Shown here in pieces: positions 52,599 to 64,000 of a stretch of 64,000 nt of DNA. Position 1 is the first letter of the stretch; each line of letters starts with the position of its first letter. This DNA is from Xylographa opegraphella (lineage: Eukaryota): the NCBI GenBank assembly GCA_022813865.1, contig JALDZX010000002.1, positions 186,001 to 250,000 on the forward strand. The letters are read 5' to 3'. Both the position numbers and the translations under genes were made by a program. The notes under the pieces were generated by a model. It was not told where the DNA came from. It saw nothing but the letters and a program-made list of their open reading frames with translations, and ran no database searches.

Positions 52599-53276
52599 TC
52601 ACTCCTTCCGCCGCACGGCCCTCCCGCCCGGCCTCTTCCGCATCCTTACCGTCTTCTCCACGGCGTCCCTCCTGCGCGAGCGCGCCGCGTCAGCGGTGCT
52701 CCACTGGCGGGCGCCAAGGAGCTCGTGCTCGCGCTCGCGCGACGGGCCCGCAGCGCGGCCGTAGTCGGACTCGCTGTCGTCGAGCGAGGATGTCGGCGAC
52801 TGCGGCGAGGGGTGGCTCCAGGCGGCGCTGGCGGAGTAGGTGCTCTGGTGGGCGATGCGTGCGGCGGAGCGGGTGGCCAGGCAGTGGGCGTCGCTGCTGT
52901 CGTGCAGGAGGCGCTCCACGAGGTGGGAGATGCGCGTGAGGTTTTCGCTGCTGCATTGGCGGCGGGTGGCGAGTTGGCGCTGGTGGCGGATGGAGGGGCG
53001 GTGCGGGGTGGTGGTGGTGGGAGGGGGGTAGAGGGTGGCGGTGGGGTGGGGGGGTGGGGGACGCAGGCTATGGCGGCCGAAGCGGGTGGAGAGGTCGGTG
53101 ATGGAGTCGGAGGCAGAGGCGGAGGCTGAGGCGGAGGAGCTGTAGCCCTCGTCGAGGAAGGGGAGCGCGCGCGAGAGGGGAGGGGCGAGGGCGGAGGGTA
53201 TGGAGGGGTGGGCTGCTGCTGAGGAGGAGGAGGAGGAGGAGGAGGAGGGGGCGAAGGAGAAGTAGTCGTCGAACAT
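52599..53276 (-). CDS. Hypothetical low-complexity protein
   Basis: ATG at 53276 (MFDDYFSF); one ordered core SIRHQRQLATRRQCSSENLTRISHLVERLL; basic C-terminus; poly-Ser from a (TCC)n tract. Confidence 0.6.
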   Translation of the reverse strand: MFDDYFSFAPSSSSSSSSSAAAHPSIPSALAPPLSRALPFLDEGYSSSASASASASDSITDLSTRFGRHSLRPPPPHPTATLYPPPTTTTPHRPSIRHQRQLATRRQCSSENLTRISHLVERLLHDSSDAHCLATRSAARIAHQSTYSASAAWSHPSPQSPTSSLDDSESDYGRAAGPSREREHELLGARQWSTADAARSRRRDAVEKTVRMRKRPGGRAVRRKE

Positions 53277-53336
53277 CGTGCACCTGCTGCCTTTTTCGGC
53301 GGGGTATCGAAGCAGCACCTTTTCCGTCGTTCAGGA

Positions 53337-53387
53337 GATGATGATGATGAAGAAGAAGAAGAAGAAGAAGAAGAAGCAGAAGAAGAA
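53337..53387. repeat. Compound (GAT)n/(AAG)n microsatellite
   Basis: gatgatgatgatg followed by about 12 aag units. Confidence 0.9.
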
Positions 53388-53972
53388 GGGAAATTATGAC
53401 GACAATGATACGTGCGATCAACATCGGCCAGCACGCGAGCGGGCGGGCGCTCTCCCTCTACTTAACCCTCCCTTCCCTCCCCTCCCATCGCAGCGTACCT
53501 ACTTTTCCCCCCCAAGCTCCTTCGCAAGCGCCACCAGATCCAGATCCCCCCAAGCGCCAAGGCCCGTGCCAAGGTCCAGGCCGCGATCTCGGTCCCATCG
53601 TAGTCCTCGAGCGTCCAATCAGAAGCCGTGACGGCACGGCACGATCATCCAGCACCGTGGTTCGGTGCAGCGCTAGGCAGTTAAGGCCGGCGCCAAAGGC
53701 ACGAGCCCGGAAGAGATTTTAAGCTTTTAATGCCACTTCGGCTCCGGGTGGCGACTTCCGTGTGGTGGGAGGTTGGAGCCGGGGGGAGAGAGGGCCGTTC
53801 GGTTCGGCCTACGTTGGGAGTTTTACCTTAGGTGAGGAAAGTGGCAACCAAAGCAAGTGCCTGCTGCAGGGGGCAGCGGGTCCCTTGCTTTAGCGCGGAC
53901 GCAGAGTTCTCGGCTCCTGTGACCATGTTTCTCCGCTTGGGAAAGTCGGGGGTGTGACGTGGTCGGGGGTGG

Positions 53973-54006
<34 letters not shown>

Positions 54007-54010
54007 GAGA
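53973..54010. repeat. (GA)n microsatellite
   Basis: About 19 GA units with one interruption. Confidence 0.95.
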
Positions 54011-55641
54011 AGGCGAGAAGGAGCAGGGAGTTTTTCCGCGGAAGGAAATGGCAGTGGTGCGTTTGTAGAAGCACGGAACGGGGCGAACGGAGATTTACGT
54101 GAAACATGCTCGTGAAGGAGAACGAGGCAGCGACAGATGCGAGGGACGGCCCTGCCTCAGTCAGCGTCGGCGTCAGCGTCCCTTCGCACTGTCCGCCGGT
54201 CCATGGTCCGGAGTGTGCGTATCTGGATCCGATTAAATCGCCAAGCTTACTCCATCTGGATCGGGATCAATCGCGGAGCTACTCCGCTCCACTACGAGAG
54301 ATCTCTGTAGAACCTGGTTTGGATCGATCCCGATCAGCGAGCGGCAGAGTGATGTGAGCAAATCGTGATTTGTCCTCGAAAGGTTCAGTCAGCGTCTCGC
54401 ACTCTCGCTTCATCTACGTAGTAACTCCGGGTCTTGGCGGAGGGGTTCCGATCGGGCTGGATCTGGACCCTTGCTCGGCTGCTCCGTGGATGGTCGATCA
54501 GATATAAGAGGCATTAACTAGATCTAGTACTAGGAAAGTCCATCTACAGACTGATTCTAAAGCAAGACCAAAAAGATTATGATCCCCAAACAGTCATTAG
54601 AAATGGCAAAAGAGTCGGCCGGTAGTGCGAAACCCGACTTAACGGAGAATTCGGCGACCTCAACCTGGAACGAGTGGCACTCGAACACAGACACTTCAAG
54701 GAATGATTAACCTTTTAGACAGGCGTCACGCGAACAGTGTAGAAAGTTTTTAAGCTAATCAACTACACCACCCATCTGCTTGTGAGAGAGAACACTCTAA
54801 TCACAATATATATTGTTTTTTTCGTAAACTAGTAGTCTAAGCACAACGTACGGACCACTCCTGCTACTGCATTACAATCACCATGCAAAGATCAGGCTTC
54901 GTAGCATCGTTTTGATCTAAATCCGTTCAACATAACCTGCTCTATCTAATGTTGGTCCACGAATGACCACTCCCATCCTTGACTTTCTTTGCATTGCGAC
55001 GAGCACTCGTCATCTCTTATTAGTCCACTAAGAATACACGAAATGCGATATGAATGCTGAAGGGATAGGTCCGAGTGCGCCCGTCTCAACTACGGGTCAT
55101 CTACACGACAGTAATATACTGAGCGCGTTTGACCTACCCGGCACCCTTTAAACTGATCTCTATTATCAAATCTGCAAACACCCCGACCATCAATCATACC
55201 GTTGATGTTCCAGACAAGCCGGTCTTGTTCTATCATTCTATATACGCTCACAAAAGGCCCGCTTAGAGTCACTAACATCGAGGTTGGGGAATCGGTGAGT
55301 GCTGCTCCAGGACGTGATCAAGGTGCATTCTTGACTCCTCTCTCCCGTCACCTCGTACCGAGGTCGCCCACCTCGACTATGAGGATGCCTTTTCCGTGGG
55401 AATCTAATTGCAGACCGCTTCTGGGATGTTATCGTTCCTGGTCGCCAGTATCGTCTACCGCTGAAGAGATGGGTCTCCGGCATCAAGTGGGGGATGCGAG
55501 ATATCCATATCAATGACGCCACGAATCAAAGAGTCTCACGCATCTGCATCCACGATCTGATATGCAGGCAAAGACCTTGCGAACGCTCAACCAAAAACAA
55601 AGTAATACCTAAGAATAACTAACAATACAGACCCCCGAACC

Positions 55642-58600
55642 CTACGCTCCTAGCAATTTATTCCTCCTCCGAATCTCGCTCCACCTCGTCATCGCCCCCA
55701 TCTCCAACAAACTCAACCTTCGCGTAGTCCCACTCGGGTTCCCAATGATGACCGGCTTCCATTCATCCTCTGGGCCTCCTAGGACATTAGTCCCATACCT
55801 CTGACTCGGTACAATCTGTACCGTCTTGAATCGTGTCAAGGCCGCAATCAACAACAGCGTCAATATTAGTAGCACGCCTGCCACCACACCCGTCGCGGCC
55901 TGCGCTCCAAGGGCCCTCTCAACGACTCCGCCCGTCCCCGTAGCCGCTGCAGCAATAAGGAATGCGAATGCCTGGTTGATGGCGAACGCGGCGGTGACGC
56001 GAGGAAAGCAGGAGAAATTGGTACGCTTAAGGCGGATATCCTCGGGTAGGATCCGACGAGGGCGACCAGTCATGCCAGGCTGAAGGTCCGAAGTGTCATA
56101 GGTTTCCATAATGATACCATTGCACTCAGCAATGGCAAGGTTGGAAAGGAAGCCAATGACGGCTGCGAAGACGGTCGGGACGATGAAGCTAGTGTTAGGA
56201 CCACCAGAGGCAAGCGTATATGCCAAACCAGCGAAAGGAAGAAGTATCATAAAGATAGCCCGTCGGATAAGGTGTGACGTCCAGGTGACACGCTTTTCGA
56301 AGGTCATGCTATCCGTGCGCGGGGAATGGTGCCGTGCACGGCTGAATACGGAAGCTTTTTGGAAGGGAATAGCTAGGAGGGCGCCGAAGGCAATAGCAGC
56401 CACGCAGAGGCCGACATATTGTGGATGGAAGAAGTAGTATTTGGAGGTTAGAGCTCCAAGAAGGACGATGACCATAATGACTTGACCGTATATCCAGCCC
56501 ATGTAGACGGAGAGGATGACGAAGCCGGGTTGCTTCAACATCCTGATACAGAGAACATGACCGGCTAGAACTTCTTCCCACCATCGCCTTGGTCCCGTAG
56601 AGTAGAGATGCATCTTGATCTCACCTCGCGCAATTCTTCTCGATATGTCGGTTCCGTTATGCACTTCCGCCATTGAACGTCGATATGGAGATCTGCGGAC
56701 CTCCGGAGTCATCACGTTAAGTAGCAGCACGGCTGCGGTCAGTATAATTGTTATCCAGAAACCCCATGAGACAGCGAGACCGCTGATGATCACCGCGCCA
56801 ATCAGGAAACCAATTCCAATAGATCCGATGGAACACCATGTCCATATGCCAAGCCATATGCCCATACCTCCACCGTGTCGCCGGACGTCGTTCTCATTGA
56901 CAGTCTCCTGATGTGGATTTCCGCTTTGCAGAGATGCCCCAAAGAGATCCAGCAACGTCGTCTTTAAGTTCATGTTGACAAAGCCTGCCAAAATTCCAGC
57001 AAATGACCTCGAAAGCAGTAGCCCAACCCGATAAGTGGCCACGTATGGCGAAGCAGTTTGTCCAACAGCCACAGCTTGAGGAAACTGTAAAGGAAGTAAA
57101 ATTCCTAGTGCCGCGATCGTGTAAGGCTTCCGACCATGAAGTAACGGTAGGGGAAAGAACAGAACAGTGGTCACAGCCATGCCGATGAAGAACACAACGT
57201 TACCCAGGATCGCATAGTGATGTTCATCAACAATAGCATACTGTATTGCTGGAACTTCGCCAGCATATATGCCAATAATTAAGCCGATAAGAGCTGTGTT
57301 GATACATGTTACAGTTGCCACAAAGCGCTTCCGTCTTGTGCTCCAATCTCTCGCTATTGGTGCCCTACGATGCGACCTGCTCAGGCTAAATCCTTGAGGA
57401 CCACGAATACTAAAGTGATGCCGATCTCTTAGGCTGTAGCCTTTCGTACCCGGATTGTGATCTTGGTTCATAGTGGAGAAATTTTCAACAGACTGAGGAG
57501 CGCGCATTGAAGTGATGGTATCTTGCTGTGGAAGATTGCCCGGACCTAGGCCTGGACGCTGTTGAGGTCCACTGCCTGTCCACTGCCTGGTGTGACCACG
57601 GGTATTATATCCAGGGTGCCGAAAATCAGCAATATATGCATCCTCTCCCATGTCATCTTCAGATGTATCGAACTCTTCTACATCGGGATGGTATGCCGAT
57701 TCCTCCTGCACAGCCCTTATCCGAAGTCTTGCAGAACTGGTCCGAGGCAGAAGAGGTGGTTCATGATGGACATCGATGAAATCTTGAACGTCTTCTGTTG
57801 ACGGAACTTCTGCTATCGTTGGTTTTCGTTGAACGTGGATATGATGCTCTTTCAATAACGATCTAGATGTTCTCGGCTTCTGCGGAGGAGGCTGCACAGT
57901 AGCTTGGGGATAAGGTCTGAATAGGTGTGGAGACGATTGGGAGTTTTCTATAGCTATAGTTCGGTCTCCAAAGTCCGCAAGAACCTCGAATGGCATGCGT
58001 TCAGGCAATATTCCGGAGCTTTCCCGTGAACCTCGCCGTTGAGATCTTGATGAGGGAAACCCCAACCTCACACCCGGAGCTGGAACCCCCAGCTGATCTG
58101 CCACCTGTTTTGCATGCTCTGAATTTGAAACAACAGTCTCTTCTCCTGCAGCCATGGAAACGCCACGTGCTTGCATGGTCGTTTGGAGGATTGATGGTGC
58201 TGTACTATGCCGAGTATGCAGCGAAGCCTTATGATCCAATCCTCTGGGCTCAACTGCAAGCACCAAGTCATCGGTATTGTGCTCAGCTCTTTGCTGAGGT
58301 GATGATTCCTTTTCTTGCTCTTTCATAGCCGGGACTGGTGTAGCAAAGTAGTGGTAGCTCACAATAGGGTCACCTTCCATATCCTGTGTCTTCTCCAATG
58401 CCTTCATACCTAATATGTGGTGATGATAGTTGTCACCTTGGCTAGGAGGTCCACTTGAGGTAAGCTCATGATGGTCATGAACCTTGGGAGTTTCTTCTTT
58501 CTCAGCAGCTTGATGTGCAATGTTGATTGCCTCCTTCAGCAAGCCTTCCAGCTCGCCAATGATCTTGGTGAAAGACTCTGCATTCTGTTGAGATCTTTGA

Positions 58601-60567
58601 CCAAACATAACATCTGTACTGTCAGTGGCCCTTCGATTTGACCTGGGTCCATCGCCGGTTACAACGAGGTCTTCAGATGAGGCCAGTCTATTTGCTCGTA
58701 CCCCAAGAATTGAGTCTCGAAGAGCAAATTTTTGTTTGTAATGTGGTCTTGCCGTCAAGTTTGTTGATAACAAGTGCGACCCAGATACCGATGATCCTCT
58801 ACCGAGTAATTCTTTTACCCAATGATGCTTCGAATCTATGAAGTGCTCCTTTCTCGTGGTTATACTTGAACGCCGAATCTCATTTGTCGAAACGGACTCG
58901 TCTGAGGAGAGTATAGACGGGGATTTTTGCAGATGGGTGGCCTCGTTCTCAAAGTCATCCATGTTGCGCTTCAGAAGAGACTCAGTCGAGGCCGTTTCTC
59001 GTACAGGTTGGAGAGAGATTTCCGACAAATGGGTCAATGCTCGACCAAAGCTGGAGAGTTTTCGACCAAGAGATGTTGCATCAACATTCGATGACGTATT
59101 GGAGGAAGATCGAGCAGAATTCGCATTTTCCTGTTCGTACAGGTACTTTGGCTCTGCAGGATCTGAAAGCTGCCCAGGCCTGGGGGATGATCTCCTTGAT
59201 TTCCCACTAGGTCGGAACCGGAGTGAGGACTTGCGACTATGTACAGATGGAGAATAGTTTCCAGGTTTCTGCTGGACTTCGGATTGCACCCTGCTAATAG
59301 CAATTTCTGCTGGCTGAGCCTCTGAGTTGTCCATATCGTCACCAAAAGGGGGGATGGCAGCTAGCAGCTCAACAATTTGATCACTATAATGAGCCGTAGG
59401 ATGTCCAGAATATAGAATTTCGCCCTCTGTACGGGTGTCATTGTTGGGTTGCGAATTCAAAGTAGAGATCTCTGGTTGAGTTGGTACGACATCCGAAGCA
59501 CTTGAGAGGGCGGTTTCTTGAACTTTAAGTGGAATTGTATCATGAGAATTATCATGCTCAATATTTGAGGTTAGTAGAGGCTCTGCAAGGTTACTCACAC
59601 TCGGAAGCTCTGCGGAAGGCTGCAACAGTGGATGCTGTGGCCGCTTGATAGACATGTTGGAGCCGAACGATGACTGGGAAGTCTTGGATACTAGTGACCG
59701 GAAATTGTGACCTAGAGCGCCTGATCGATGTGCCTGAGAGATTGAAGGGGAAACGATATGATCCTCGATATCGTGCAACGCGTCTCTGGCCCTCGTTGGC
59801 TGGTCAAGACCTGTATGGGTATGATTTTGGGTAGGCGACGGTTCGTCTCCGTTCCCAAAATACTGCTGCATGTGCGAAGGACTTACAAGAGATGGCTTTG
59901 GAGTCGAGGGTGGCTCGATTTCCGATCTATAGCTGCCAGGGACATGTTGAGGACCAGGCCGTAACCTTACTTCAGTCTTCTCAACGCTTGACGGATTCAC
60001 TGTGCGTAGAATATAACGCGGTATACGTGTCCCATAAGCTGATTTGCGTGAGTCTGTTTGGGCGCCAGTTTGATTGAGTATATCTCGACCCAATGCAGCT
60101 CCAGGACTCTTTTGATCTACAGTAATTTCCATTGGCATGATAGTGTTATCACTACTCGAGCGGCCTTTGTCATAGAGATCCGGCAGACTTGGAGGTCTTC
60201 GGTGACCCTCCATTAAGGTATTCTCGAGAAGCCCTACAGCTGGATCGTGGACCTTGACGACCATAGCTTCAGGCTCCGTCACTAATTGCGCCAGCTTTGC
60301 GATGATTCTGTCGACCTTGAATTTTGGAGAATCGATGTTCGGGTCAAAGAAGGTAGAGTTTTTATCCACCTGCTCGGGCGAGAAGGCAAATTGCGGTGAT
60401 GAGTAAGGTGTTCTAGGTGGATAGTGTCCGTTACGGGATAGAAGTAATGACCGGATACGGGTTAAGAGATCCTCGTTCGTTTGCGATATGGGTGAGCTGT
60501 CAGTCGCACGGATTCCGTCCTCCGTCGTTACGGAAAGCTGCTCGGGCCAGCGAACAGCCCTGTCCAT
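55642..60567 (-). CDS. MFS transporter (DHA1/polyamine-transporter-like) with a ~1080-aa disordered N-terminal extension
   Basis: Single 1641-aa ORF; the MFS part begins near DWSTRRKRFVATVTCINTALIG and includes LLHGRKPY and ~12 hydrophobic helices. Confidence 0.85.
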   Translation of the reverse strand: MDRAVRWPEQLSVTTEDGIRATDSSPISQTNEDLLTRIRSLLLSRNGHYPPRTPYSSPQFAFSPEQVDKNSTFFDPNIDSPKFKVDRIIAKLAQLVTEPEAMVVKVHDPAVGLLENTLMEGHRRPPSLPDLYDKGRSSSDNTIMPMEITVDQKSPGAALGRDILNQTGAQTDSRKSAYGTRIPRYILRTVNPSSVEKTEVRLRPGPQHVPGSYRSEIEPPSTPKPSLVSPSHMQQYFGNGDEPSPTQNHTHTGLDQPTRARDALHDIEDHIVSPSISQAHRSGALGHNFRSLVSKTSQSSFGSNMSIKRPQHPLLQPSAELPSVSNLAEPLLTSNIEHDNSHDTIPLKVQETALSSASDVVPTQPEISTLNSQPNNDTRTEGEILYSGHPTAHYSDQIVELLAAIPPFGDDMDNSEAQPAEIAISRVQSEVQQKPGNYSPSVHSRKSSLRFRPSGKSRRSSPRPGQLSDPAEPKYLYEQENANSARSSSNTSSNVDATSLGRKLSSFGRALTHLSEISLQPVRETASTESLLKRNMDDFENEATHLQKSPSILSSDESVSTNEIRRSSITTRKEHFIDSKHHWVKELLGRGSSVSGSHLLSTNLTARPHYKQKFALRDSILGVRANRLASSEDLVVTGDGPRSNRRATDSTDVMFGQRSQQNAESFTKIIGELEGLLKEAINIAHQAAEKEETPKVHDHHELTSSGPPSQGDNYHHHILGMKALEKTQDMEGDPIVSYHYFATPVPAMKEQEKESSPQQRAEHNTDDLVLAVEPRGLDHKASLHTRHSTAPSILQTTMQARGVSMAAGEETVVSNSEHAKQVADQLGVPAPGVRLGFPSSRSQRRGSRESSGILPERMPFEVLADFGDRTIAIENSQSSPHLFRPYPQATVQPPPQKPRTSRSLLKEHHIHVQRKPTIAEVPSTEDVQDFIDVHHEPPLLPRTSSARLRIRAVQEESAYHPDVEEFDTSEDDMGEDAYIADFRHPGYNTRGHTRQWTGSGPQQRPGLGPGNLPQQDTITSMRAPQSVENFSTMNQDHNPGTKGYSLRDRHHFSIRGPQGFSLSRSHRRAPIARDWSTRRKRFVATVTCINTALIGLIIGIYAGEVPAIQYAIVDEHHYAILGNVVFFIGMAVTTVLFFPLPLLHGRKPYTIAALGILLPLQFPQAVAVGQTASPYVATYRVGLLLSRSFAGILAGFVNMNLKTTLLDLFGASLQSGNPHQETVNENDVRRHGGGMGIWLGIWTWCSIGSIGIGFLIGAVIISGLAVSWGFWITIILTAAVLLLNVMTPEVRRSPYRRSMAEVHNGTDISRRIARGEIKMHLYSTGPRRWWEEVLAGHVLCIRMLKQPGFVILSVYMGWIYGQVIMVIVLLGALTSKYYFFHPQYVGLCVAAIAFGALLAIPFQKASVFSRARHHSPRTDSMTFEKRVTWTSHLIRRAIFMILLPFAGLAYTLASGGPNTSFIVPTVFAAVIGFLSNLAIAECNGIIMETYDTSDLQPGMTGRPRRILPEDIRLKRTNFSCFPRVTAAFAINQAFAFLIAAAATGTGGVVERALGAQAATGVVAGVLLILTLLLIAALTRFKTVQIVPSQRYGTNVLGGPEDEWKPVIIGNPSGTTRRLSLLEMGAMTRWSEIRRRNKLLGA

Positions 60568-61171
60568 AAGCAGGCCGAAACCATGGATGGAGATATGCTG
60601 AGAAAGGAGGACAAGAAAGTGTTCGGTTCAGCCAAAGGATACACAGGATGGACGGACGATCAGATTCAGAAAGTAGTGGTATTATGTCTAAAATGTCAAC
60701 AGAGCTAAGAAACGAGCTCGCATTGAGAAGGAACGAAGCACAGACGCATTATACATATTTTGTACAGCATAGCTATCGGGTAATATTCAGATGTGTACCT
60801 CCAGGGCCAACAATAACTTCAAGATAGCAAAGCTCGCATCAAAATCAAGGTAAACCAGTGATGTATACTGGTATTCATCCCAGTAATCCGATGAAATTCA
60901 GCTATCACTATGTTCATAACTACCGATTGAACACAATGAGAATCTTTACCTTCCCTCATGAGGGTTCATAGACGTGCCAAAGCGCAAAATATGGCGATTG
61001 ACATTCGTCGAGTGGATAGACACTTCTGTAGAGTAAATCTGGATAATTGAAGTTCGAATCGCTTGCAATGCAAAGCTGATGGAAGGCGGTGAGCTGTTCA
61101 GATTGGCAGAAAAGTTTTACCGAGCTTCTGACGTACTGGGGTGATCGCCCTCCGCCAGTTGGAGCTTCTGG

Positions 61172-61178
61172 TGAGTCA
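61172..61178. promoter_or_regulatory. Putative Gcn4/CpcA (cross-pathway control) element
   Basis: Perfect TGAGTCA about 110 bp upstream of the LYS1 ATG. Confidence 0.55.
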
Positions 61179-61287
61179 AATTGCCGAAAGGCCCCTTTGG
61201 GTCTCTTGAGCTTCCTCTTCATCCTAACATAGTCCTCAATTGAACTGTTCCAAGCTATCCGGCTGCCCTTACCAATTGTAAGACACA

Positions 61288-62569
61288 ATGCCAACCACGA
61301 CACTACACCTTCGCTCAGAATGCAAGCCTATGGAGCACAGGTCAGCATGTGAGAATAGCTCGACTTCTTTACCTTGGTGCAATGTATAGCTAACATGCTG
61401 TTCAAGTGACCCCCCGAACCACCAAGCAGCTTCTAGAGGCTGGATACAAAGTCAATGTGGAGAGGAGCCCCGAGCGAATATTTGAGGACTCAGAGTTCGA
61501 GGCCGTGGGCGCGACTCTCGTACCCGAAGGATCATGGCCCTCGGCTCCTGCTGACCACCTGATAATCGGCTTGAAAGAGCTGCCGGAAGAAGATTGTATG
61601 ATCATTCCGCCGCTCAAGGATCCATGTCTTCTGAACTCACATCTCACAGTTCCCTTACATCACACCCATATCCAATTCGCCCATTGTTACAAAGGCCAAT
61701 CGAACTGGGAAGAGGTGCTCTCGCGCTTTCCAACTGGTTCTGGCACGCTGTACGATCTTGAGTTCTTGAACGATGAAAATGGTCGGCGAGTTGCTGCCTT
61801 CGGATACCATGCTGGTTACGCGGGCGCTGCTATTGCTGTCATGGTCTGGGCGTGGCAGCTCGATCCTGCAACCAAAAGCAGACCGTTCCCATCGATAGAC
61901 TACTATAAAAACGAAGCCGATCTTGTTGCGAAGGTTAAGAGATCCTTAGAGGAAGGCATGAAATACACCTCTTCAATGCCGCGAATGATGGTCATGGGCG
62001 CACTTGGCCGCTGTGGCAGCGGAGCTTTGGGCCTCTGCAAAGCGATTGGCTTACCAGACTCATCGATGGTAAAATGGGATCTTGCAGAGACAAGCCAGAG
62101 ACCTGGGCCTTACGAAGAGATTGTCGAATCCGACATATTCGTCAACTGCATATACCTCTCCAAACCTATTCCACCATTCGTTAATCGAGAAACCCTTTCG
62201 TCCACCAAGCGCAAGCTCTCTGTCGTGTGCGATGTTAGCTGTGATACCACCAACCCACACAACCCAATACCCATATACGATATCTGTACCACTTTCGAAA
62301 AGCCTACGGTTCCCGTTAAGGTAGACCGGGATCCCCCGCTAAGTGTCATTTCGATCGACCACCTACCGAGTTTACTGCCCCGCGAAGCGAGTCAGGACTT
62401 CAGCGATGCCCTACTACCGAGCCTGCTGAAGCTCAACAACCGTAAACAGGAACGGGTATGGCAACAAGCAGAGGATTTGTTCCGGGAGAAGGTTGCAGGT
62501 CTGTCCGCAAAATGGAAACAAGGGCAGGCATTCCTGGGAGGGGCTGTTGTTCCCACAGGCAGACCGTGA
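61288..62569 (+). CDS. LYS1: Saccharopine dehydrogenase (NAD+, L-lysine-forming); 3 exons
   Basis: MPTTTLHLRSECKPMEHRSA|LTP, GLKELP, QFAHCYKGQ, LYDLEFL, RRVAAFGYHAG, GALGRCGSG, DVSCDTTNPHNP and SIDHLPSLLPREAS; introns 61349-61406 and 61596-61649. Confidence 0.96.
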
Positions 62570-62983
62570 TCGTGCGATTGTGAGCACGGGATGATCTTTG
62601 TATATTTTATGGGACATGAAGTAGCTCGATCTGTTGAGTATCGATTATATATGGAACCGCCCGGCTCCTGCACTGGAACGTTATTGAAAAGTTTACTCTT
62701 GGCACCAGAGTCTCAAAATATTTTAGCTGACATAGTGGTAGTCGTAAGGTATTTCTAGGTATAACGACTTTTGAGTTCCATAGCGCGCTCAAAAAATATC
62801 TACGATGCTGAGCTTTAGTGGTGATGGTTCAGGACTTCTTGCTTCCTTCACCTCCAATCAAAAACAATGCCTGAAAAGACCAAATTCGCATACACCGTAC
62901 TCATACCTCATACCCCATAACTCATCTACCTATCATTTTCTCACTGGCTCCTCCCCAGATAACCATGTTTCATGACCAATCCA

Positions 62984-64000
62984 TCAACTGGCCGTATCCC
63001 CTACCTCCATATGTTCCAGCCGAATACTGACCGCCTTTCTATGCGCCTCCAATTGCTCTACCTTCGCCAACTGCATCACGGCGCCCCCAACATTCCTCAG
63101 TCCTTGCTTTGTTAGATTTGCACTGGTGATGTGCTTTGTGAATGACGATAGATTCACTCCTGAGTACTGCTTTGCGTATCCGTAGGTCGGCAGCGAGTGG
63201 TTCACCCCAGCAGAGTAATCTCCCACACTCTCGGGTGTCCAGGCGCCGACGAAGACACTGCCCGCGTTCTCGACCAGGTCGACGACTAGTTCCGCATTTT
63301 GCACTTGCAGGATGAGGTGCTCAGGTGCATAATCGTTGCTGTATCGCATTGCTTCCGCGATATCCTTGACGATGAGAGTAACAGAGTGCTCAATGGCACC
63401 ACGAACGATATCGACACGAGGAAGTGCGTTAGCCTGGGTGTGGAGCTCGTCCTCGATGGCTTGAAGTTGGGTGTCGTTGAGATCAACCGCGATAAGCACA
63501 ACCTGGGAGTCAACGCCGTGTTCCGCTTGACTGAGTAGATCAGACGCCACGAATGCCGGGTTGGCACTCCTGTCTGCCACGACAAGAACCTCACTGGGGC
63601 CGGCTGGCATATCGTAGCTAACACCCGCAGTAGTGTCATTAGAAACGAGTATCTTTGCTGCCGTAACAAATTGATTGCCAGGTCCAAGGATTTTATCAAC
63701 CTTGGTGATGCTTTCAGTTCCGTACGCCATGGCTGCAACCGCTTGAGCACCGCCGGCAAGGACAATGCTCTCTGCGCCGACTTTGTGAGCTACGTAGACA
63801 ATTTCGGGAGTAATTGATCCGTCTGCGCGTGGAGGGCTGGCCATGACGATCTTCTTACAGCCAGCCACTTTGGCGGGGACGCCAAGCATCAAGGCGGTTG
63901 ACGGCAGGACCGCAGTACCACCAGGAATGTACAGTCCCACCCGCTCTATTGGCCTTGAAAATCGCGAGCACACAACGCCTGGCATTGTTTCCACCTTTAA
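62984..64000 (-). CDS. HIS4: Histidinol dehydrogenase domain (3' part of the trifunctional His4/his-3 gene), truncated by the window edge
   Basis: VGLYIPGGTAVLPS, KILGPGNQFV, DMPAGPSEV, DLLSQAEHG, YAPEHL and GDYSAGVNHSLPT. Confidence 0.96.
   Translation of the reverse strand, partial: LKVETMPGVVCSRFSRPIERVGLYIPGGTAVLPSTALMLGVPAKVAGCKKIVMASPPRADGSITPEIVYVAHKVGAESIVLAGGAQAVAAMAYGTESITKVDKILGPGNQFVTAAKILVSNDTTAGVSYDMPAGPSEVLVVADRSANPAFVASDLLSQAEHGVDSQVVLIAVDLNDTQLQAIEDELHTQANALPRVDIVRGAIEHSVTLIVKDIAEAMRYSNDYAPEHLILQVQNAELVVDLVENAGSVFVGAWTPESVGDYSAGVNHSLPTYGYAKQYSGVNLSSFTKHITSANLTKQGLRNVGGAVMQLAKVEQLEAHRKAVSIRLEHMEVGDTAS

Noticed and set aside
62560..62600. Cryptic peroxisomal signal in LYS1 by stop-codon readthrough
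   Set aside because: The stop context is TGA-TCG rather than TGA-CTA, and no nearby SKL-like end follows in frame.

Overview
Gene-dense, intron-containing genomic DNA from a filamentous ascomycete (Pezizomycotina-type short GT-AG introns with CTRAC branch points; exact taxon not determinable). About 20 protein genes are present: a TRP/FLC-like membrane protein, FYVE-RING (Pib1-like), an Fmp42-like MFS transporter, a Rad26/ERCC6L2-like SNF2 ATPase, a NUDT19-like Nudix hydrolase, IMP dehydrogenase, IQGAP, a Spa2-like scaffold, a highly diverged ZIP transporter, purine-cytosine permease, an SprT-like protein, a repeat-rich cell-surface protein, a long MFS transporter, LYS1, the 3' end of HIS4, and several hypothetical proteins. 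Three things are not visible in the ORF track. (1) A box C/D snoRNA (snR54-like, antisense to 18S rRNA) is nested in the IMPDH intron. (2) A decayed glutathione reductase pseudogene lies at ~12.2-13.0 kb. (3) GC-rich islands recur in which the + strand flips from C/A-rich to G/T-rich, usually near gene 3' ends. No tRNA, rRNA, CRISPR, intact transposon or secondary-metabolite cluster was recognised. All homology calls come from remembered motifs, not database searches.
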